Source of the DNA: the human T2T-CHM13v2.0 reference genome, Homo sapiens
Direction: 5' to 3' (one strand)
NCBI RefSeq assembly: GCF_009914755.1
Contig: NC_060926.1
DNA: 64,000 bases
Made by a program: the position numbers and the translations under genes. This document shows positions 52,801-64,000 of the stretch, piece after piece (position 1 is the stretch's first letter; each line of letters begins with the position of its first letter). The notes under the pieces were generated by a model. It was not told the DNA's origin. It did not search any database and was given only the letters and a program-made list of their open reading frames with translations.

Positions 52801-55212
52801 TTAGGTCAATATCCCTGATGAACATTGATGCAAAAATCCCCAATGAAATACTGACAGACTAAATCCAGCAGCACATAAAAAAGGTTATCCAGCACGATCA
52901 AGTTGGCTTCATCCCTGGGATACAAGGTTGGTTCAACATACGCAAATCAATAATTGTAATACATCACATAAACAGAACTAAAGACAAAAACCACATGATT
53001 ATCTCAATAGATGCAGGAAATGCCTTTGATAAAATTAACATCCTCTCACATTAAAAGCTTTCAATGAACTAGGTATTGAAGGAATATACCTCAAAATAAT
53101 AAGCGCCATATATGACAAACTTACAGCCAATATCATACTGAATGGGCAAAAACTGGAAGCATTCCCCTTGAAAACCAGCACAAGAAAAGGATGACCTCTC
53201 TCACCACTGCTATTCAACATAGTATTGGAAGTTCTTGCAAGGACAATCAGGCAAGAGAAAGAAATAAAGCATGTTCAAATGGGGAGAGAGGAAGTCAAAT
53301 TATCTTTTTTTGCCAATGACATGATCCTATATATAGAAAATCCCATCATTTCAGCCCAGAAGCTTCTTAAGCCAATAAGCAACTTCAGCAAAGTTTCAGG
53401 ATACAAAATAAATGTGCAAAAATCTCTGGCATTCTTATACACAACAACAGGCAAGTAGGGAACCAAAACATGAATGAACTCTCATTCACAACTGCTACAA
53501 AAATAATAAAATACCTAGGAATATAGCTAACAAGGGAAGTGAAGCACCTCTTCAAGAAGAACTACAAACCACTGCTCAATGAAATCAGAGAGGCCACAAA
53601 CAAACAGGAAGACATTCGATGCTCATGGATAGGAAGAATCAATATGGCAAAAATTGCCATATTGCCCAAAGTAACTTATAGATTAAATGCTATTTGTATT
53701 AAATTATCATTGACAGTCTTAAAAGAATTAGAATAAATTATTTTAAAATTCATATGGAACCAAGAAAGAGCCCAAATAGCCAAGACAATCCTAAGCAAAA
53801 GAACAAAGCTGGAGGCATCATGCTACTGACTTCAAAGTATACTACAAGGCTGCAGTAACCAAACAGCATGGTACTGGTACAAAGACAGACACATAGACCA
53901 ATGGAACAAAATAGATAACTCAGAAATAAAACTGCACACCTACAACCGTCTGAGCTGTGACAAACCTGACAAAAACAAGCAATGGGGAAATGATTTTCTA
54001 TTTAATAAATGGTGCTGGGAGAACTGGCTAGCCATATGCAGAAAATTTAAACTAGACCCCTTTCTTACACTTTATACAAAAATTAACCCAAGGTGGATTA
54101 AAGATTTAAATGTAAAACTCCAAACCATAAAAACCCTAGAACAAAATCTACGCAATGCCATTCAGGATGTAGGCATAGGTAAATATTTCATGAGGAAAAC
54201 ACAAAAGCAATGGCAACAAAAATGAAAATTGAGAAATAGGATCTAATTAAACTAAAGAGTTTCTGCACAGCAAAGGAAACTGTCATCAGAGTGAACAGAC
54301 AACCTACATAATTAGAGACACTTTTGCAATCTATCCATCTGATAAAAGTCTAGTATCCAGATTCTACAAGGAACTTAAACAGATTTACAAGGAAAAGACA
54401 AACAACCATATTAAAAAGTGGGCAAGAGTACATAAGCATATACTTCTCAAAAGAAGACATTTATGCGGCCAACAAACATGAAAAAAAGCACAACATCACT
54501 GATCATTAGAGAAATGCAGACCAAAACTACAATGAGATACCATCTCACACCAGTCACAATAGTGAATATTAAAAAGTTCAGAAACAGCAGATGCTGGCGA
54601 GGTTGTGGAGAAAAAGAAACGCTTTTACACTGTTGGTGGGAGTGTAAATTAGTTCAACCATTGTGGAAGACAGTGTGGTGATTCCTCAAAGATCTAGAGG
54701 CAGAAATACCATTTGACCCAGCAATTCCATTACTTGTTGTATACCCAAAGGAATATAAATCATACTTCGGTAAAGACACATGCATGTGTATGTTCATCGC
54801 AAGGCTATTCACAATAGCAAAGATATGGAATCATCCCAAATGCCCATCAATTGTAGACTGGATAAGGAAAATGTACATATACACCATGGAATACTATGCG
54901 GCTAGAAAAAGGAAGGAAATCATGTCTTTTGCAGGCCCATGGACGGAGCTGGAAGCTGTTATCCTCAGCGAATTAATGCAGGAACAGAAAACCAAACACC
55001 ACATATTCTCAGTTGTAAGTGGGAACTGATCTATGAAAACATCTGGACACATGGTGGGGAACGACACACACTGGGGCCTGGCAGAGCATCAGGAAGAATA
55101 GCTAATGGATGCTGGACTTAATACCTAGGAGATGGATTGATTCGTGCAGCAAACCACCATGGCACACATTTACCCATGTACCCTGGAATTTAAAATAAAA
55201 GTTGAAGAAAAG
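49830..55212 (+). mobile_element. Near-full-length dead L1PA (about L1PA11-12): partial 5'UTR, ORF1, ORF2, 3'UTR
   Basis: ORF1 frames (ELSAETLQSTRDWGLIFNIFKE...LREFVTTRPALQELLKEAL). RT motif reads [11 protein letters not shown] instead of FADD. ORF2 C-terminus [21 protein letters not shown]. 3' end agagcatcaggaagaatagctaatggatgctgg...aaaataaaagttgaagaaaa. Many stops and frameshifts. Confidence 0.95.
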
Positions 55213-55673
55213 GTAAATAGGAGACATACATGAGATTGAATTTAAGAGTTGAGTGAAAGAGTAGTGTCTAAGAGTACCTCTTGAATCCAGCTTAAACTTT
55301 TGAGCAGATTTTTTTTGAGATTTATTTTTAAAACTAACTTAAAAGGTAGGATAGAACTTTGGGTGAGGAATGGTGAATTCCATTTTGTTGAATTTAAATT
55401 TGATAATCTTATAGAACACAAGACTAAATACTTAGTAAGTCAATAGCAATATTAGTACATTTAATACAAATGTATACATTGTTGCTCAAATTAACCATTT
55501 TATTTCAGATATTCAAAGTCTACCATATTTATAAACCTTGTTTGGGATTATTTGATTTGATCTAAAGAAAATGTTATTTTTTTGTCCATATGTGTATGTG
55601 TATGTGTGTATGTTTTAGTATATATCTGAATTGTACCTGTGTTTCAGAAGAGCCAAATAAGACAAATAGTCGT

Positions 55674-56071
55674 TGTCTTAGTCCATTCTTGCTACTATAA
55701 CAAAATGCCCCAGACTAAGGAATTTATAAATGATAGAAATGTATTTCACACAGTATTGGAGGCTAGGAAGTCCAAGATCAAACTCTAGCAGGTTTGGTAT
55801 TTGGTGAAGGCCTGGTCTCTTTCCAAGATGGCACCTTGAACACTCTGTCCTCTGGAGGGGAGGATTACAGTGTCTTCACATGGCAAAGGGAGGGAAAGGC
55901 AGAAAGGGCCCACCTAGATTGATCCAGTGATTTTATAAGGTCATTAATCCCATTTATGAGAGCTCCACCCACATGATTTAACACCTCCTAAGAACTCCAG
56001 TTCTTAATACTGTTATATTAGGAATTAAGTTTTAACATAAATTTTGAAGGGGACACATTCAAACCATAGCG
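55674..56071 (-). mobile_element. MaLR solo LTR (MSTC/MSTD-like)
   Basis: tgtcttagtccatt...ggaggctaggaagtccaagatcaa...ccaagatggcaccttg...ttttgaaggggacacattcaaaccatagc; decayed TSD gtcgt/atcat. Confidence 0.9.
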
Positions 56072-56590
56072 ATCATAGAAGTTCTCTGATCACAGAGCAG
56101 TGACTCTTAAAGTTCAGGAGTTTCTGATCATTTGTTACTGATAGTAGTATTCCCAGTTTCTCACCCAGAACTATTGACATACAGGATAAAACCAAAGGGA
56201 TGACATTAGTCTATGGCACATGATTTATTACTAATGCTTATTAAATCCTTTTGTCAAAATTGTCTACAACAAATATGCCATTAATGTGTGATATACGTAT
56301 TTTTTTATTGGATATACAGCTTTAGAATGGGAAAAAGGAGGGAAACATGCTGTGTTTTCCTTCAGATACATGAATTTCATTGGTCTTCTGAGTATATCTA
56401 TTTCTGAATTCATCATTGGTGATATACTTGAAAAACCAAAAACCCTTTATATAAGAATTCCTCTTGTGAGATAAAATATGTTTACAATTATTAGTTTGTT
56501 GGGAAATTACATCCTGAAATGTATGATCTTCATGATTCCAGCAGGTAAGAAAAAATTCATATAAATTGCCTTTAAATCTTATATCAAAAA

Positions 56591-56632
56591 TACTAAAGAG
56601 CATAACAAATTTTCTCCCTTTACAGGTAAGCT
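56591..56632 (+). promoter_or_regulatory. Juxtaposed 3' and 5' splice sites (recursive-splice-like site)
   Basis: tactaaa/cataac branch candidates, then tttctccctttacag|gtaagc. Confidence 0.35.
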
Positions 56633-57261
56633 TTACAAGCAAATATTAAGATATCTTTACTTTTAATAGTAAATGTTTCTTTATTTCCTCCATTGTAAGA
56701 TTTTATATTTATTGAACTCTTGAAAAAAGATCAGTAGATACGCCCGGAATGTTCTCCCAGCATGGAAACAGAATTTCCCTCACTCTGTGGCTGTCCTCTT
56801 TAAAACTTCTAGTAGCCTATAACTCAGGCAGAAGTGAGACACAGCTGGTTATGTTCAATGCCACACTGAAAATTAAATTAAATTAAAATCTTATCAAATA
56901 AAGATAAATTCACATTCTGTTTACATTTCTGAAAGCCTCCATGACAATATATATTTTTTAAATATTTCAATTAAATTCACATCTCGTGTATGTCAAACTT
57001 TGACTCTAAATATTTAAAGTACATATCTTTGGATGGTCACTAAAATGTGAAATGCGGCAGTCAAGCTGACCTTAAAGCTATAACTTGATAACGTTTGTTA
57101 CATCTTTATATGTGAAGAAAACATGGAAGCATATTCATGTCCTCGGTAAAAGAAAAAAAAAACAGAATGGACATTTTAGTGTGCTATGATTACTATTGCT
57201 TATAACGCTCTCTTACGTTTTATATTTTCTCATCCTTCTATACACATCTCCAATATTATTT

Positions 57262-57765
57262 ACTGTTCTTATTACTATTTCTGCCTAAGAACAAACTATC
57301 TCATATTTGGTGGCTTGAGACAACCACTTTTTTATTGTAATTCTGGATTCTTTGGGCCTGTAAGTTAGGAAGGATACCGTGTGAATGGTTTGTCTCTTGC
57401 CTATGGTATTACAGGGTTGAATCAAAAGCTGAAGGCTGGAATCCTCTCAGAGCTGGTCCTTTCACATGTCTAGGAGCTCATGCTGGGACTGGCAGCCAGG
57501 ACTTAGCTGGGGACACCAGCTGGAACACCTGTAAGAGGCTTTTTTTTCACAGCATAACGACCAAGGTTCAAAGGGAAGACTGTGACCATTTGTGACCTAC
57601 TCTTAGAAGTCCTATGGAGTCAGTCCTAGAGTAGCCACAAGCCAGATTTAAGGGAAAACATGTAAGCCCCACGTCTCAATATGAGTGTCAAAATCATATT
57701 TATGATGAGCATATGAAATGTGAAATTTTATTATGGCTGTTTTTAGAAAATATAGTCTGTCTCCA
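57262..57765 (-). mobile_element. MaLR solo LTR (MLT1H-like)
   Basis: aacaaactatctcatatttggtggcttgagacaaccac, ggctggaatc, ttagctgggg...cagctggaacacct, tttagaaaatatagtctgtc. Confidence 0.8.
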
Positions 57766-57789
57766 ATTCTATTTTATGAACGAAATTTA

Positions 57790-57930
57790 TGAGCTTCTCT
57801 TTCCAATAATGCAAGGAAACAGGTATCAGTCATTTTTTCACTTCTAGCAATTAACACAATGTTGATGTACAAATAGGTAGTCACAAAATATCTGATGGAT
57901 AAATAAATTAACTAATTAGAATGAATTAAT
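57790..57930 (+). mobile_element. L2 3' terminus
   Basis: ttctagcaattaacacaatg...tacaaataggtagtcacaaaatatctgatggataaataaat. Confidence 0.55.
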
Positions 57931-58520
57931 TCAGTCATTAAGAAAAGGGACTAAACAGAATAAACTATTTAAAATGGTTAAAATGTTAGTAGTACAGATA
58001 AGTTTATGTATCAGAATTTGATCCTGATTGTTTTTGCCCTTTTTTTGCAGGGCACAGAGGATACATTGATGAATAATAACAACCAAAGTGTCACATGTTT
58101 TGTTTTCTTATGCAATGTAGTCCTTTCAGGGAGACAGATATAACTCAAATATAAAAATTAATGTGTGTGCATGTGTGTGTGTGTATATATATGTATATGT
58201 AAATGACAGATTGATACCAGAGCTCTAGCAGAAAGGAACAACATATTATTATATCTCAAAATGCTCATAGGTGTCTCAAAAGGGCTCCTTTGAGAAAGAA
58301 ACTCTTGACCAGGTAACTTGGGCAAACAGGAAGCTCAGTGGTATTTCAAACCTAGGGAATGTTCAAACATACAAAGACTGTGGTATGGGACAAAATGGAA
58401 AAGAAGTCATTACTGGGAGTTGATACAGATTTGCATCTTCAAAATAAATTAATGAATGGAATATATATTACATATATGGGCATGTATGTAAGTATATGCA
58501 CATGTGTATGCATCCATGCC

Positions 58521-58866
<346 letters not shown>

Positions 58867-60019
58867 ACCTTTTTACTTTTAAATAATGGAATGTGACATT
58901 TTCTATATTTCAAAACTGTACATCTATTTGCATATATTTAACAGCTTTTTTGTTCTTTAAAATTTTGTCTAATTTAGAAATGAAACATTATGGAATGAAA
59001 TACGTATATTTAATGTGTCCTACTATCTTATGAGGAAATGACTTCTAAAATTAGACTTTCAGATCTTCCTACAGTTCTTATTTGTGAACAAGGAATTTAT
59101 TCTCTTAGGAGGTGAATTATTTTCAGATTAAATTTCATGGAAATTAGTGAACCATAATTATTTTCTTTATATTTGTGAAATTGTTTAAAAATTATTGAAA
59201 TTATTATATTTTAATGGTCTGCTAACCATTTATTCCTTAAAAACACAAACAAAAAGGGACATTTGTGACATTGCTTTTTATTAATTGACTTCACTCAAGT
59301 TGGAAGTTTTATTTTTAGAATTTCTTACTAGGTCATTGAAACTTTATTAATACATACTTGAAACCTCAGTTGATTACTTATTTGAAGTTTACTCTAACCT
59401 TTGAAAAAATTCAGAGAAACCTGTAAAAACACATTATATTATCAAAGCCTACTGTTATTGTTCATTCTTCTGTTTTTTACACTGCATGTATATTTTTATA
59501 TAGTAACAGCATTAAAAACAAATTTTTGAAAAATGACAAACGGCATGACCTAGGAAACAGTTAAGTCCCCATTGTCAACACTTATGGAGACCATTTTCTT
59601 TTATATACTTTTTACTTCATTTTATCATGTGTATTCTTTTATATAGTTTTTACTTCATTTTATCGTGTGTATTAAATCTTGGTCATATATTTTTGCCCTA
59701 CCACTCAAAATTCAATCAATTCACTTAAGAAAACATAGTAGTTAAGATCTCTAAATATCTATAAGCTGTTAAATGTCATTTCTACTGCAGAGGTCCTACA
59801 TGAGTTAACATTATTCAACCTGAAAATGGTCAGCATATTTAACTAAGTGTGAATAATTAATTTTATTAAACTATGGACAATTAGTTGATCTGGTTCTATT
59901 ATAGATGAGATATATATGACTATAATATGGCTCTTCATTGAAATAGATATTATATAACATTAAATGTTGAAAATCCAGTTATATTTTTATATAGAAAGTA
60001 GGCCCCCACACACTCACTT

Positions 60020-60520
60020 CAAACTTTTTAAAATCAACATTGGAGGTACAATTTATAAATAATAACACTCATCCATTTAATTATTTAAATTGATAACTTT
60101 ATATATATTTATATAAAACATAATATATAAATATAAATATATTTATATATACTATAATATATATTTATATATATATAAAAATATATATATATAAAACTTT
60201 CACCCCAATTATAATATGTAGTAGTAACCTCTACCCAGGAAATATACCCATGCTCCTTTGCTGTCAATCTTTCCACCAACCATCTGCTTCAGGCAAGCAA
60301 TAAGTAGATTACTTTTGCATGTTCTAGATGTTCAGATAATGGAATCAATATAAACTAATTTGTTTCTAGTATTTTTCACTTAGCATAATATATACAAGAT
60401 TCATCCAGATTATTGGCTGAATTAGTAATTTATTCTTTTTTATGGTTGAGTGGTGTTTCATTTTATGAAAATCTTACAATAAGTATATCCATTCACCTGG
60501 TAATGGGTGTATAATACCCA
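60020..60520 (-). mobile_element. L1ME-like 3' end containing a TA-rich tract (60098-60196)
   Basis: tttaaaatcaacattggaggtacaatttata, atggaatcaata, ttttcacttagcataat...gattcatcca, tatccattcacctg. Confidence 0.7.
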
Positions 60521-60779
60521 TTACTGTCAGCTGTAAGTCAGGCTGTTTACACGTTGATATTCCAAATATCTTTAAAAAATTTTTGTTTCTTTCCTTGAGA
60601 GTGCGTACTTGTAATAAAATAATTCGATGTTCAGATGATACAGCATCATTATAATCTCCTATCATCTATTCTATTTAATGGTTTACCAAGAATAATATAA
60701 AAATTACATAAAACATCATTAATGGTGGCATGAGTTTTCATCAAATATAACCATGATAATGACAAAATAATAATAAATA

Positions 60780-60975
60780 ATTTTATGGAAGATACAGTAC
60801 ATAAGGCATAAATATTTTATACAATATTTTATTTATTCCAAACTGTAAAAAACAAGATAGGTTTTATGTTCCCTTTTCAAAAAGGAAACTTACAGAGGTT
60901 AAGAATTTGCCCATGATCACATGGCTAGTAAACAACTGAATGATTTTCCATCCAGTAGACTCAGAGTCCACAAAT
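60780..60975 (-). mobile_element. MIR
   Basis: aggaaacttacagaggttaagaatttgcccatgatcacatggctagtaa. Confidence 0.8.
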
Positions 60976-62462
60976 AGTTTTATTTTGTTAATATAATTAC
61001 AATGTGATAACAAAATAAAACTATGAAATAACTGAAGTAACAAAAGCTGATGCTGCAAGTAAAAACTGTGTATTCTATTTTATATTGTCTCCATGTTTCC
61101 AAAAGGAATAATGCTTTACTCTTTTAATTTTGATGGTCACAATTGTAAATACAAAGAGCTCTTTGTTTATTTTCCTTCATTAAAATTTCCAAATTTTCCT
61201 TCATTAAAAAAAAAGATTATATACCTTCCCCCTCAATTTTGTACTCTTTATTTTAGTAGTTTCTCTTATTTATGCTTTGCCTGTTGGTAAACTTTATAAT
61301 TTTAGGTACTGTATTTCAATGCTTATTTCCTAATATATCAATGTTACAGGTTCCCTTGACTTCATGATGTGTAAAATGAGAAAATTAGGCCCATTCTACA
61401 TCTCCCCTCTACTTTTGAGCTTCTGTTAGCTCTACTTTTTACATATTTAGAGCTTAGTAGCTTGATATTCTTTTCTAGATTTCAGTTAAATCTTGTTCTC
61501 ATCACTTATAATTTGAGTCTAAAATCTGATGATGATAGGTCACTAAAACTATTCTTCTTAAAGGAGAATCAAACGAAAATGAGACTGAAATGAATTTGCT
61601 TTTCTTGAATTTTATCAATTGTATACATCCTAATACTTAGCTTTCACAGTATACTTCACATACTTCCTCAAAATCAAAATTTTTTGTTAGTATGTTTTTT
61701 ATAAGGAGATAATTGAATACAAAACTAACAGAATGAAACTTGATCTCTATAAATATAAATGCATTTACTATGTATAGTAAATGTAAATGCACTTTATCAC
61801 ATGTATCATATATTATTTATTATACATAATCTAAATCTAAATGCACTTTATCATATACATCACTTATTATATAGAGTGCATTTAGATTTATATCAAATGT
61901 GTATATATTACTTATCATAGAAGTAGCTAGCCTAATTAATAATTTAATACTTTATGTAGTATTTTATATAATGTGAGAAGTATGTTAGAATAAATAATTT
62001 TTAAAGACTTAGTTATCATAACAACTCATACTAATAGACATAGAAGACATTAAATGGCCTTTAAAACTTTCTACTGACCTGGCCATTGTCATTTTAAATA
62101 TAAGAGTATAAGAATTGCTATTTTTTTATTCTTCAAGCAATGTATTCTGTATATGTTAGAGGGCATTTTCAGGACAATACCTTACAAAATGTTTACCCTC
62201 CTAAAGATGATACTTATTTCTGATTTGCTTCCAAAAAGATTTCAGTGAGCTACCATTCAACTTACGGGCAAAAGAAAATCTAGACTTATATTATCTGATA
62301 TTATCTGATGTAGACAATATGATGAATTATTTTACAGGAATTATTAATTTTATTAGGTGAACCATAGATTATTCTCTTAATCTTTGGAGATTAAGATTTT
62401 CTCTTAACCTTTTCACTGATTACATTTTTTTCCTATTTTAAAACTTATAAAATAAGAAAATA

Positions 62463-62767
62463 GGCTGGGTGTAGTGGCTCATGCCTATAATCCTAGCATT
62501 TTGGAAGGCCAAGACTGGCAGATTGCTTGAACCCAGGAGTTCGAGATCAACCAGGGCAACATGTCAAAACCCTGTCTCTACCAAAAAAAAAAAAAAAAAA
62601 AAAAAAAACCACACACACACAAATGGACTGGATATGGTGGCACTTACCTGTGGTCCCAACTACTGGGGAGGCTTAGGTGGGAGGATCACCTGAACCCAGA
62701 AGGTCAAGGCTACATCCTGCCACTGTACTCTAGCCTGGGTGCCAGGGCAAGACCCTGTCTCAACAAC

Positions 62768-62808
<41 letters not shown>
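62463..62808 (+). mobile_element. AluJ with an expanded A linker and (CA)n tail
   Basis: ttgcttgaacccaggagttcgaga, gtgggaggatcacctgaaccc, ggtcaaggct; short deletion in the right arm. Confidence 0.92.
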
Positions 62809-62810
<2 letters not shown>

Positions 62811-64000
62811 TAATCTTAATCTATTTGACAACAATTTTATATTTTGCAAATACTACTTATGTATGTAAAGTGTAATTATAGTGTTGAACAAATACATATT
62901 TTCAGATTCTATTTACTCATAAAATGCTAATAAATTTGTGTCTATTAAATGGACAGAAATACACCTGATTTATTTTTTATAAGAAGTCTAGCTTGAAACA
63001 AGTTTTAAAATATTATCAATTAATTGTTTACCTTGAGATATAATATGTGATCTGCTTGGTTAACTCACAAGTCTCAGGTTTAATAATAGAGAGATTTTCT
63101 TCAGTGGTGAAGTCTGGGGATTTTTTGAAACAGTAACCAGGATTAAAGATAGAAGTAATTACTTTTTTACCTGAAGATTCTATCATTTGAGACAGGCATT
63201 TTTGAGAGGTGATTTAAATAAGGAATTTGTGTAAAGCAATGATGCTGTGAAATGCTAACGTAAGTATCTGTATTTTAGTAAGCAGACAAGTAACTCTGAT
63301 CCTTTTGTCAGTTCATGAGTGGGGAATTGGATTTAAAAAGAAAACTGTTAGTACACAAGTGAGATACCTTGCAGTATCTAGTCACCAAACTTTGATATTG
63401 ATATTTCATAATGAGTCACCTTCCTCCTCCTAGAGAATGGAATTGGTTCTCTGAAGCACTGAAAAGAGTTCCATCAGAATAAAGCATTTTACTTACTATA
63501 TGATGGAATCTGGCTTGGGTACACAAATGGCTATAATTTTTACCAACTACTTCTGAGAAAATAACATGACACAATAAAATAGAAATTTTCTTTAACTGTA
63601 ATCTCAATTTGAAGGAGTAAGCTAGAGGGTAAAGAAGCAAAAATATAGTTATTGTGCTAGAATAAAGCTCTGCAACAAAGTATGTTTTAAAATCTCCAGA
63701 ATCTACTGACAGAAAACACTGGTATATTTCATAAATTTTTGAAAGCTACATTAAGAATAAAAAGGCATATTTTCTTCTAAAATGCGAGAGGAGAGAAAAC
63801 AAGATTTCCCTTCCAGGTACAGCACCACTTATTTATACGCCCGCTTTTATATGTTATTAATAAGTAAATTCATATTCAAATTAATGGTTGGTGTTAGTGT
63901 TAATGATGCCTCATCTTTGGATTTTGAAAATTAATATTAAATCAGTTTTTTTTGCATTTTTTCCTTTACTCTGTGTGTGTGTGTCTTTTTTCAGTAAGTA

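Noticed and set aside
49830-55212. Potentially active L1 or domesticated reverse transcriptase
   Set aside because: ORFs fragmented by stops and frameshifts, catalytic Asp mutated (FAND), promoter region truncated
61050-61560. Possible HAL1/L1M relic
   Set aside because: Only vague resemblance; I cannot support a family or boundaries by eye

Overview
AT-rich, CpG-poor primate genomic DNA (AluY present, so human or another catarrhine). I recognise no protein-coding exon, RNA gene or CpG-island promoter. The ORF-track entries are broken L1 ORF1/ORF2 frames, Alu frames, microsatellites or chance ORFs. Roughly half of the window is interspersed repeat. This includes a ~16 kb nested LINE-1 pile-up (19.5-35.4 kb) with an internal inversion, a dead near-full-length L1PA (49.8-55.2 kb), six Alus plus FLAM and FAM monomers, six MaLR solo LTRs, an MLT2A (ERVL) solo LTR, MER2/MER5/MER58 MITEs, and L2/MIR relics. 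Subfamily names come from remembered consensus motifs, not a database search, and boundaries of old repeats are approximate. Non-repeat signals suggest, without proving, a long intron of a + strand transcript: a clean 52-nt exon candidate (45164-45215) and strong polypyrimidine-YAG|GTAAG recursive-splice-like sites (best at 56625). Other oddities are a 108-bp near-perfect dispersed duplication and several chains of fold-back palindromes. I found no convincing evidence of a new biological system; the findings are hypotheses.
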